Source: Verrucomicrobiota bacterium
GTDB lineage: Bacteria > Verrucomicrobiota > Verrucomicrobiia > CAIQCK01
Assembly (NCBI GenBank): GCA_016219905.1
Contig: JACRKA010000202.1
Coordinates: forward strand, 1 to 55,463
Length of the DNA: 55,463 bases
Reading direction: 5' to 3'
In this document: one piece after another, positions 1 to 7,707 of the stretch
Numbering within the stretch: position 1 is the stretch's first letter
How the letters are laid out: each line of letters starts with the position of its first letter
The notes under the pieces: generated by a model
What the model saw: only the letters and a program-made list of their open reading frames with translations
What the model was told of the DNA's origin: nothing
Databases searched by the model: none
Position numbers and translations under genes: made by a program

Positions 1-2895
1 CTCGGCGCGCAGCGATTCGATATCGGCGGCCAGCTTGTTCTCTTGCTTCCAATCTTCCGCGCCGGAGGTCAGCGAGGCCATCACCGGCTCGATCAGCTTC
101 GACTCGCCGCGATGCAACGTCGCCGCCAGCAGCAGCGCGCGAGTCGGGAGGATCGCCTCGACCTCGCGGTTGGCCGGGATGTTGACGGGGATGATCATCA
201 CCTTCTTCTTGAACATCGGCGGCCAGCCGTGCCACGCCACCGCCGGTTCGGCGCTGGCCATGGCGACAACGCCCTTGTCGAACTGGACGCTGAACCACGC
301 GTCCTTGTGCAGCGGCACATACGCCAGGAACAACGTCGCCGGCCCGTCCACCGCCCGGTCAAACTGCACCTTCGCGGCGCGCGCGACGAGGCCACCGGTC
401 AGCCGCGGCTCGCCCAGCATCAGCGGCACGCCAAACGCCCACCGCACGCCGCCGAGCCAGCCCGCCCACGAATCGGGATTCTCCCAGTCGCACTCGACAT
501 TCGTGTCATGCTCCAACGGCAGCAACTCGAACTCGCCCGCCTCATCCGAGCCTGCGCCGAGCAGCACCGGCCCGGTGGGCGGCTTCTCCTGCTCCAACAT
601 CCCCGCGACATTCATCGGCGGCGCGTCACGCTTCGGCGTGCCGACGACGACCACGTCGCCGTCGCGCACGCCGCGGACGTAGAGCGACGCCGGTGCTTGC
701 GGCGGGCGGTGGACATTGTTGCGCCAGTCCCACGGCTTGCCGCCGCGCTCGATCACGACCGGGCGGGCGGAGAGGTTGACCTGCGGATAACTCAGCGCGA
801 TGTCGAACGGCTCCGTCCGGTCGCTGACGACGCGGAACGCAAAGTGGCCGTCGCTGCTGCTGCGGTAGTCGCTCACGTCGAAATGTTCCTGCGTTTTCAC
901 GCACGCCAGCGCCGCACGCTCGCCGCAGACCACGCGCGCCGCCGCGTCGCCGACCGGCCACGCGTAGAGCAGGTCGTCGGCCCAGCCGTATTCGTAACGC
1001 TTGCCGTCGCCCGGCCCGCAGCCGCTATAGACGCCCCAGCCCTCCGTCATGGATGTGCGGTCGCACGCGCTGAGCGGCGGTTTCTCGATCTCCTGGTAGA
1101 GCTGGTGTCCGCGGTCGAGCGCGCCCCGCACCATGTAGCCCAGGCGCGCGTCGCCGGTGTGGACATAGACCTGCGCGAGCGTGTCGAGCACCCAGGCGGT
1201 CTCGTTGGCGCAGGGCGCGCCGGCCCACGCCTCGCCGCTGTTCGGCTCCATCAGGAACGCGGGGTCGTCGTTGTCGAAGCGGTCATTGTCCGACGGCCAC
1301 GCGGCGAGATAGCGGTAGGCGAGCGAGAGCGCCAGGTCGAGCGCGGCGTTGGCGCGCTCGGCCCGCTCGGGCGTGTTCTTGAACGTGAAGTAGTAGTCGA
1401 GCAGGAACACCGCCGGCAGCGTCCCGCCGATGGCGAACGGGCTGGCCGGCACGTCGGGGAACTCGTTGCGCGACCACACGAAATGCTTCGCCCAGTTGTA
1501 GATGCTATCAATGAACAGCAGCATCCGCGCGGACTCCTCGCGATTCGTCTCGTGCTCGTGCCGCCACACATCCACCATCGCAATGCCCGCCGCGAACCCG
1601 TTGGCGTTGTGCAACGAGCGGACCGGTTCGCCGCCCCACTTCTCCTGCCACTGGCCCTCGATCGGCTTCTCCCAGAACGCGCACGTCTCGCCGCCGGCCT
1701 GGAAGATCGTCGCGTTGGCCATCAGGAAATTCAGGTCCTCGCGCAGCCTGGCGAAGGCGTTGGCGTCGTAGCGCATGTAGGCCGCCTCGACGGGCGACTC
1801 GGCGTGCCACCGCCAGCCGCCGATTTCGACCGTGCCCGCGACGGCAAAGGTCGTGTCCTTCTCGTGCCGCACGATGAGCCGCGGCGCCGGCGGTTGCGGC
1901 CAGTCCTTCAACCGCGCCGCGCCGGGCAGGTAGCCGACGTTGGGCGTGCGCGAAACGCGCGGCGCGCCGGCCGTGTAACGCTGGCTGAAAAGCTGGTGCA
2001 GCCAGCGGTTCGGGTCGCCGGTGGACGGCAGGTCGTTGTTCCAGACCAGCGTGCAAAACGAGTCGTAGGTGCTCTTGGCCGGCGGGTAGGCGAGTTTGCG
2101 ATACTTCGGCGAGCCGTGCGGCGCGGCCAGCGTCACGAACTGCCGGTCGCGACCGTGTTGCCAGCAATACGCCGCGGCGATCTCGCGCTCGGTGTTGCGC
2201 TCGACGCGCGCGCCCTGGAACTCGAAAGCGACGTAACGCCGCAGTGACGGCGCCCACAGGCCGATCACCGGCAACGGCGAGCCGCCCATCGGACACACGT
2301 AGCTCCAATCGCGTGAGAACTCGCTGGCGATTGAGCCGCCGCCGAACGCCACGTCCTGCTGCAGCACGAATGGATCGCTCTTCGGCGTCGCCATCAGCCA
2401 GCCGCGCTGGTGCCACACCTCGGCCTCCGGCATGGCCAGCGTCAGGAAGTGGAACGGGGTCGGGCCGCCGTTGAACCGCTCCCATTCGCCGGCGGTGAAT
2501 CCCGCCACGGTGACATCGAAATCAATCCGCGGGAACGGGTCGTCGCCACGCAACGTCACCTTGATCCAGTCGTGGTCGCCGGTGGTCACGCCGGTGCCGA
2601 GCCGGCTGCGCACCTCGTTGAAGGCCATCGTCTGCACCGCCACGCCGCGGTCGTCGTGGTGCTCCACCGCGATGCGGTCGCCGAACAGCATGTCGTTGGA
2701 GGTGAACCGCACCGGCGCGATGAGCTGCCCGCTGGCTTGTTCAATGAGGTCAAAGCCGGTCCAAGCGCCCTCCGCGCCGACCGGGCGCACCAGCACCGCG
2801 GCGTTCTGGATCACCGTCGGCTCGGCGGCGGCGAACGCTGGCGGCATCGCCGTCAGCGTCGTCGTTGCGAGCGCATAAGCTAGCAAGGCTCTCAC
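1..2895 (-). CDS. Large secreted hypothetical protein, partial (C-terminus lies beyond the window start; more than 965 aa)
   Basis: A continuous reverse-strand frame runs from 2895 to the window edge. It is absent from the ORF track because it has no stop inside the window. Its amino-acid composition is ordinary, unlike the overlapping Arg-rich track ORFs 43..2247(+) and 1508..2485(-). The GTG at 2895 has AGGAGA 7 nt upstream; an alternative in-frame ATG lies at 2925. The N-terminus VRALLAYALATTTLTAMPPAFAAAEP looks like a Sec signal peptide. I recognised no family by eye. Confidence 0.7.
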   Translation of the reverse strand, partial: MRALLAYALATTTLTAMPPAFAAAEPTVIQNAAVLVRPVGAEGAWTGFDLIEQASGQLIAPVRFTSNDMLFGDRIAVEHHDDRGVAVQTMAFNEVRSRLGTGVTTGDHDWIKVTLRGDDPFPRIDFDVTVAGFTAGEWERFNGGPTPFHFLTLAMPEAEVWHQRGWLMATPKSDPFVLQQDVAFGGGSIASEFSRDWSYVCPMGGSPLPVIGLWAPSLRRYVAFEFQGARVERNTEREIAAAYCWQHGRDRQFVTLAAPHGSPKYRKLAYPPAKSTYDSFCTLVWNNDLPSTGDPNRWLHQLFSQRYTAGAPRVSRTPNVGYLPGAARLKDWPQPPAPRLIVRHEKDTTFAVAGTVEIGGWRWHAESPVEAAYMRYDANAFARLREDLNFLMANATIFQAGGETCAFWEKPIEGQWQEKWGGEPVRSLHNANGFAAGIAMVDVWRHEHETNREESARMLLFIDSIYNWAKHFVWSRNEFPDVPASPFAIGGTLPAVFLLDYYFTFKNTPERAERANAALDLALSLAYRYLAAWPSDNDRFDNDDPAFLMEPNSGEAWAGAPCANETAWVLDTLAQVYVHTGDARLGYMVRGALDRGHQLYQEIEKPPLSACDRTSMTEGWGVYSGCGPGDGKRYEYGWADDLLYAWPVGDAAARVVCGERAALACVKTQEHFDVSDYRSSSDGHFAFRVVSDRTEPFDIALSYPQVNLSARPVVIERGGKPWDWRNNVHRPPQAPASLYVRGVRDGDVVVVGTPKRDAPPMNVAGMLEQEKPPTGPVLLGAGSDEAGEFELLPLEHDTNVECDWENPDSWAGWLGGVRWAFGVPLMLGEPRLTGGLVARAAKVQFDRAVDGPATLFLAYVPLHKDAWFSVQFDKGVVAMASAEPAVAWHGWPPMFKKKVMIIPVNIPANREVEAILPTRALLLAATLHRGESKLIEPVMASLTSGAEDWKQENKLAADIESLRAE

Positions 2896-3024
2896 GTTGC
2901 GTTCTCCTGGTCTGTCTTCCCGCATGGCGGGCGCGGAACCTTACCGCAGCCGTGGCCACGATTGCACGTCTGGAAAGCGGTGCTGAACCAACACCGGCGG
3001 CCGTGGCAGGTTTCGGTCCGCCGG

Positions 3025-3717
3025 TCAATCGAGCGGCTTGATCTTCACGTTGCGGAACCAGATCGGCGCGCCGCCGTGCTTGCCCTGCAGGCCGATGCGG
3101 CCCTTCGTTGCCAGCCCGGCCATCGGCTTGCTCAGCCACGGCGGGATGTCGCTGCCGTCGGGGTTCTTCTTCGCGTCCGTCCACTTCCGGATGTCCGCCT
3201 CGGTGACCAGCGCGCCGTTGAGCAGCACGAAAACCATCGGCCCCTTGCACGCAACGGTCATGCGGTTCCACTCGCCCGCCTTCTTGACGGCCGGCTTCGC
3301 GGGCGCGAGCCGGCCGAAAAGCCCGCCGCACTTCCACGTCGGCGCGGCTGTCGCCCACTTCGGCGCGGCGTCGTCAAGAATCTGGATCTCGATGGAGTTC
3401 GGGATCCAGTTCTTGAGATCGGAGCAATAGACCACCACGCCGCTGTTGGCGGCCTCGCCCAGTTTGAACTCGAGGTCCAGCATGAAGTTTTCGTATTCCT
3501 TCTGGGTCCAGATGTTCTGGTCCTGGCTCGCGGTCAGCGCGCCGTCCTCCAAGAACCAGATGTCTTTCGGAAAGGTCGCGTTCGAGAGGTCCGGCGCGAA
3601 GAGGTTCTCCCACGCGGCCGAATCGGGATGCGCCTTGGGCGGCAACGCCTCGCCCGCGCGCGCCGCGGCGCCGCAGCCGATGCACAGCGTCAAGAGCAGG
3701 ATCGTCAGTCGTTTCAT
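3025..3717 (-). CDS. DUF1080 (3-keto-disaccharide hydrolase domain) family secreted protein
   Basis: 230-aa track ORF with signal peptide MKRLTILLLTLCIGCGAAARA. The C-terminal 'GRIGLQGKHGGAPIWFRNVKIKPL' is the typical end of DUF1080 domain proteins, which are common in PVC bacteria. Confidence 0.85.
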   Translation of the reverse strand: MKRLTILLLTLCIGCGAAARAGEALPPKAHPDSAAWENLFAPDLSNATFPKDIWFLEDGALTASQDQNIWTQKEYENFMLDLEFKLGEAANSGVVVYCSDLKNWIPNSIEIQILDDAAPKWATAAPTWKCGGLFGRLAPAKPAVKKAGEWNRMTVACKGPMVFVLLNGALVTEADIRKWTDAKKNPDGSDIPPWLSKPMAGLATKGRIGLQGKHGGAPIWFRNVKIKPLD

Positions 3718-3867
3718 CGTGATGTTCTCCGGTTGTATTGGCGGGCGGAAAGATAAACTACGCCCGCCCTTTTCGTCAGCGTTTTTCCAGTCTCGCAGAC
3801 GCTGGTTAGCGTTGACCCGGCTGCCGCTTCATGCGATATCGCCAGCGCGGCGGAATCTGCACCTGCA

Positions 3868-5022
3868 ATGAAAATCACCGACATCACGACTATCATCTGT
3901 GGCAACCCGTGGAAGAACTGGCTCTTCACCCGCGTCGAGACCGACGAGGGCATCCACGGCATCGGCGAAGGCACCATCAACGCCCTCTCGAAGACCGCCG
4001 AGGCGATGGTCCACGAGTTGAAGCCCCTCGTCATCGGCATGGACCCGTTCCAGACCGAATTGATCGTGCAGAAGCTCCAGCGCGACATTTTCAGCGAAGG
4101 CGGGCAGGTCCACGGCTGCGCCATCAGCGCCATCGAGATCGCCTGCTGGGACATCAAGGGCAAGGCGCTCAAGCAACCCATCTACAACCTCCTCGGCGGC
4201 CGTTGCCATGAAAAACTGCGCGCCTACGCCAACGGCTGGTATCGCGGCCCCCGCAAGCCGGAGAGTTTCGCGAAGAAGGCAAAAGAGGTCGTTCGCCGCG
4301 GCTACACGGCGCTGAAGTTCGACCCGTTCGGCTCGAACTGGCGAATGATGACGCCGGAGGAATCCGACCTCACATATGACATCTGCGCCGCCGTGCGCGA
4401 CGCGGTCGGGCCGAAGGTGGACATCCTCATCGAGGGCCACTGCCGGTTCAGCGTCGCCGAGGCCATCAAGTTCGGCGAGCGCATCACGCCGCTGCGGCCC
4501 GGCTGGTTCGAGGAACCGGTGCCGCACACCAACATCGCCGCGATGGTCGAGGTCGCGCGCCACCTGAACTTCCCGGTCGCGTGCGGCGAGAGTCTTTCCA
4601 GCAAGCAGCAGTTCGCCGAGTTGCTCAAGCACGACGCGGTCCACATCATCCAGCTCGAACCGCTCTTCGTCGGCGGCTTCGGCCCGGCCAAGCAGATTTG
4701 CGGCATGGTGGACGCGCACTTCGGCGTCACCGCGCCGCACAGCGCGCAGGGGCCGGTCTGCTCGGCCGCGTGCGCCCACCTCAACGCCAGCACGCCGAAC
4801 TTCTACATCCACGAGATCTTCGACGACTACAACGAGCCGTGGGAAAAGGACATCGTCATCGGCGGCGTCGAGGTCAAGGACGGCTACATCGAGCCGAGCA
4901 ACCGCCCCGGCCTCGGCCTCGACCTGAATTGGAAAGAGATCAAGAAGCACCCCCACCAGCAGGGTTACTGGCTGCCGCTGTTCAAGTCCGGCTGGGAAAA
5001 ACGTGAAGGAGAGAAAGGCTGA
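3868..5022 (+). CDS. Enolase-superfamily enzyme, mandelate racemase/muconate lactonizing family (sugar-acid dehydratase-like, D-galactonate dehydratase-type)
   Basis: 384-aa track ORF. The N-terminal capping domain 'MKITDITTI...RVETDEGIHGIGEG' and 'AISAIEIACWDIKGKALKQPIYNLLGG' are typical of the family. Barrel motifs 'KFDPFG', 'EEP' and 'CGES' are also present. Confidence 0.85.
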   Translation: MKITDITTIICGNPWKNWLFTRVETDEGIHGIGEGTINALSKTAEAMVHELKPLVIGMDPFQTELIVQKLQRDIFSEGGQVHGCAISAIEIACWDIKGKALKQPIYNLLGGRCHEKLRAYANGWYRGPRKPESFAKKAKEVVRRGYTALKFDPFGSNWRMMTPEESDLTYDICAAVRDAVGPKVDILIEGHCRFSVAEAIKFGERITPLRPGWFEEPVPHTNIAAMVEVARHLNFPVACGESLSSKQQFAELLKHDAVHIIQLEPLFVGGFGPAKQICGMVDAHFGVTAPHSAQGPVCSAACAHLNASTPNFYIHEIFDDYNEPWEKDIVIGGVEVKDGYIEPSNRPGLGLDLNWKEIKKHPHQQGYWLPLFKSGWEKREGEKG

Positions 5023-5025
5023 ACA

Positions 5026-5640
5026 ATGGCTGCAGCAGACGAGAAGATTCTAGGTTTCCCACGCGCGCTCTTCGAGAAACTCGGCGTGTTTCACGGCTTC
5101 AGCGCCGACGTGGACCGCTACCTGCCCGCGATCCTCGACCCGAAGAACAACGGATTCAGCCTGCGCGCCGAGGCGGAGACCGACCCGAGCTACAAGCAGA
5201 TCATCCCCTACGTCGTCATCACCGACGGCGAGCGCGTGCTGCACTACGTCCGCGGCAAGAAGGCCGGCGAGCAACGGCTGGTCGCGAAAGGTTCCATTGG
5301 CATCGGCGGTCACATCAACGACGAGGACCATTCGCTGTTCGCGGTCGGCATGGACGCCTTCCGCGCCGCCGTCGAGCGCGAGGTGCGCGAGGAACTCAAC
5401 GTCGAGGGCGCGTTCGACGCGAAGCCGGCGGGCCTGATCAACGACGACACCACGGAGGTCGGCCAGGTCCACTTCGGCATCGTCCACGTCCTGCGCCGCC
5501 GGCCGGAGCAGGTGAGGAAGCGCGAGCAGGTCATCGCGCAACAGGAGTGGCTGACGCCGACCGAACTGCGCGACCGCCGCGAGCGGATGGAGACATGGTC
5601 GCAGTTCTGCCTCGACAACTTCGCAAGCATCCTGAAGTGA
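5026..5640 (+). CDS. NUDIX-family hydrolase / MutT-like phosphoesterase
   Basis: 204-aa track ORF starting 4 nt after the upstream stop. It has a Nudix-box-like segment 'GGHINDEDHSLFAVGMDAFRAAVEREVREELNV'. Confidence 0.7.
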   Translation: MAAADEKILGFPRALFEKLGVFHGFSADVDRYLPAILDPKNNGFSLRAEAETDPSYKQIIPYVVITDGERVLHYVRGKKAGEQRLVAKGSIGIGGHINDEDHSLFAVGMDAFRAAVEREVREELNVEGAFDAKPAGLINDDTTEVGQVHFGIVHVLRRRPEQVRKREQVIAQQEWLTPTELRDRRERMETWSQFCLDNFASILK

Positions 5641-6311
5641 TCACCGCGACGTTCTCCATCGTGGCGCGCTGCCCAAAGACGGGCGACATGGGCGTCGCCA
5701 CGGCCTCGAAGTATCTCGCCGTGGGCGCCGTTGTGCCGTGGGCCGAGGAAGGCGTCGGCGCCGTCGCGACGCAGCACTACGGCTCGCCCCGCATGGGGCA
5801 ACGCGCGCTCGCGCTGATGCGGGACGGGCATCATCCGAAGCAGGCTCTCACGCAACTCATCGCCGACGACGGGGAGAAGGCCGTGACGCGGCAGTTGGCG
5901 CTGATGGACGCGCAGGGCCGCAAGGTGGCGTGGACGCCGGCGCTCGACGCGGGAGACCCGAACGCGAAATGCTTCGGCCACCTGGAACTGGAGAACGCCA
6001 TCGTCATCGGCAACACGCTGGCAGGTCCGCAGGTGTTGGAAGCGATGCGGGCGAAGTTCGGCGAACTGGAGAAGACCAGCGTGACGCTTGCGTGGCGGTT
6101 GCTCGCGGCGCTGAAGGCCGGCGACGATGCGGGCGGCGACCATCGTGGCAAACAATCGGCGGCGGTTCTGGTCGTCAGCGGGCGGAAGGGCGTGGCGGAG
6201 GACGTCCACAAGGTGAACTATCGCGTGGACGATCACACGGCACCGATTGAGGAACTCATCCGCATCTACAGGCTGCGGTTCAAGCGCGCGGGCGTGGATT
6301 TTTCGAACTAG
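5637..6311 (+). CDS. DUF1028 family (Ntn-hydrolase-fold) protein
   Basis: This is the C-terminal 224 codons of track ORF 5547..6311. 'TFSIVARCPKTGDMGVATAS...' is the characteristic N-terminus of DUF1028 proteins. The GTG at 5637 overlaps the upstream TGA (GTGA), so I prefer it to the far-upstream start at 5547, which would overlap the NUDIX gene by 94 nt. Confidence 0.75.
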   Translation: MITATFSIVARCPKTGDMGVATASKYLAVGAVVPWAEEGVGAVATQHYGSPRMGQRALALMRDGHHPKQALTQLIADDGEKAVTRQLALMDAQGRKVAWTPALDAGDPNAKCFGHLELENAIVIGNTLAGPQVLEAMRAKFGELEKTSVTLAWRLLAALKAGDDAGGDHRGKQSAAVLVVSGRKGVAEDVHKVNYRVDDHTAPIEELIRIYRLRFKRAGVDFSN

Positions 6312-6321
6312 CGGTGGTTGC

Positions 6322-6394
6322 CGTGAAACGTAAAACGTGAAACGTGAGGCAGACCGACCAGCCTTCACGTATTACGTTTCACGTTTTACGTTTT
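6322..6394. repeat. Imperfect long hairpin built from CGTRAAA heptads, between convergent genes (possible bidirectional terminator)
   Basis: Left arm 'cgtgaaacgtaaaacgtgaaacgtgagg' and right arm 'ccttcacgtattacgtttcacgttttacg' share the complementary core cgtaaaacgtgaaacgt. A T-rich run 'ttttatt' follows on the + strand. The right arm overlaps the last codons and stop (6386-6388) of the minus-strand gene. Confidence 0.6.
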
Positions 6395-7477
6395 ATTCTC
6401 GATGTGCGACCCCGGCCCCAGCGCATCAAGCTGGCCGGTGTCGAACTCCACCAGCAGGCCCAGCTTCACCAGCCCATCCACGTCGGCCTTCACATCCTGT
6501 TCGCTGGCGCCCTGGGCGGCGAAGTGGTCGCGGAGCGTGTGACGGTTCGGCTTGTGGCCGCGTCGGGCGGGCGCGGCGGCGAGCGCAAGCATCTCCTGCT
6601 GGCGTGGCGTGAGTTGGTCGCGGGGGCTGACGTGCCGCGGCCGGTAACGGCAGGCGAACTGGTGGCCGAGAATGTCGCGGAAAAGCTGGAGGCCCTTCTG
6701 GTTCAGCGCGTGGCGCAGCAGGGCAAGGAAGTGGCCGGGCGCCTTCTTCTCTTTGTCCAAAGCGTCGGTGCAGACGCGGCGCAGGTCGCGACATTCGAGT
6801 TGTTTCACCTGCGCGGCGTGGATGAGGAGTTCGTCCTCGGCCTTCGCGATGCGGTCGGCGTGGGCGCTCTTGAGGTGTTCGAGCGCTTCGCGGTCGTCGG
6901 CCAGGAGCTGGTCGCAGTGCGCGCAGTGGAGTTCCTCGATCACGCTGGCGGCTTTCCTCCACGCCTCGATCTCGTCGGGGAAACTGGAGTTGCTGACCCG
7001 GGCGCGGAACTCGTCGAACGGCACATTGTCGTGGCGGTCCTGATGGTGCCCGGCCAGTCTGGCCGTGAAGCCGTGGTAATTCGGCGGGCAGAGCAGCGCG
7101 CGGCAAAGGCCGCAGCGGGCGACGAACTGGAAGTTGCCCTTCGGCGGGTCAATCGCCTTCTCGACGGTCTTGACGGCCTGGGCGGCGTGCTCGTGCCGGA
7201 AATGGCGCAAGACCAGCTCGGCGGAGGTGAACGGCTGGCCGCACTCGGCGCAGGAGTGGAAGCGCGCCTTGGAATCCCTCTCCGGCTTCACGAGGAACGA
7301 GATCGCGTTGGGCTGGCCGACGAGGTTGCGCCAGAGGTCGAAGAGCGCGTGGGCGCGGCCGTCGGCCTTGAGGCGGTTGGCGAGCTTCTCGGCGACCGGC
7401 TCTTCGAGCCGCACGGTGCAGAAGACCGGGCGGTCGGCGGCGGCGGGCCTGGTTTGTTTGGCGTCTCGTGCGGCCAT
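6386..7477 (-). CDS. Hypothetical protein with C2H2-type zinc-finger-like motifs (363 aa)
   Basis: I take ATG 7477 (MAARDAKQTRPAA...) as the real start. The upstream 147 codons of track ORF 6386..7918 read through the repeat element and into the neighbouring gene. The protein has two canonical C-x2-C-x12-H-x4-H motifs: 'CAECGQPFTSAELVLRHFRHEH' (about 7187..7252) and 'CAHCDQLLADDREALEHLKSAH' (about 6860..6925). A degenerate third motif is 'CGLC...HHQDRH'. Confidence 0.7.
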   Translation of the reverse strand: MAARDAKQTRPAAADRPVFCTVRLEEPVAEKLANRLKADGRAHALFDLWRNLVGQPNAISFLVKPERDSKARFHSCAECGQPFTSAELVLRHFRHEHAAQAVKTVEKAIDPPKGNFQFVARCGLCRALLCPPNYHGFTARLAGHHQDRHDNVPFDEFRARVSNSSFPDEIEAWRKAASVIEELHCAHCDQLLADDREALEHLKSAHADRIAKAEDELLIHAAQVKQLECRDLRRVCTDALDKEKKAPGHFLALLRHALNQKGLQLFRDILGHQFACRYRPRHVSPRDQLTPRQQEMLALAAAPARRGHKPNRHTLRDHFAAQGASEQDVKADVDGLVKLGLLVEFDTGQLDALGPGSHIENKT

Positions 7478-7535
7478 GGATGGTGCGCGGCATTGTCGTT
7501 GAGCGGTCGCGCCAGTCAAGGAGAACTCTTGAGGA

Positions 7536-7694
7536 GAAATCCGAAATCCGAAACTCGAAATTCGAAACAAATCCCAAATCGAGAAAAGGCAAATGCCAGA
7601 ATAAGCCCTGATTCGTTGCCGGGAGTGCTTCCGAGGTTTCCTGTTTGGAACTTCGGATTTGTTTCGGGTTTCGAGTTTCGGATTTCGGATTTCC
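7536..7694. repeat. Long inverted repeat (about 45-bp arms, about 65-nt loop) built from GAAAYYC / CCGAAAT heptads; REP- or MITE-like hairpin element
   Basis: The left arm 7536..7583 is 'gaaatccgaaatccgaaactcgaaattcgaaacaaatcccaaatcgag'. The reverse complement of the right arm 7648..7694 is 'ggaaatccgaaatccgaaactcgaaacccgaaacaaatccgaagttcc'. There are only about 3 mismatches across the core. The element is AT-rich relative to its surroundings and lies between the radical-SAM stop (7708) and the zinc-finger gene start (7477). Confidence 0.75.
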
Positions 7695-7707
7695 GGCGGG
7701 ACGCCGG

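Noticed and set aside
43-2485. Long track ORFs 43..2247(+) (734 aa) and 1508..2485(-) (325 aa)
   Set aside because: Both have extreme Arg/Ala/Gly/Pro composition with no motifs. Both overlap a clean, protein-like reverse-strand frame (1..2895). They are typical high-GC shadow ORFs.
5547-5636. Upstream start (5547) for the DUF1028 gene
   Set aside because: It would overlap the NUDIX gene by 94 nt and add an Arg/Asp-rich extension. Family members begin at the 'TFSI' Ntn-type N-terminus, which matches the GTG at 5637.
7536-7694. Possible CRISPR array, suggested by short direct repeats (also at 6322-6394)
   Set aside because: The repeats are contiguous 7-mers arranged as an inverted repeat, with no unique spacers of about 30 nt. 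No cas genes are present in the window.
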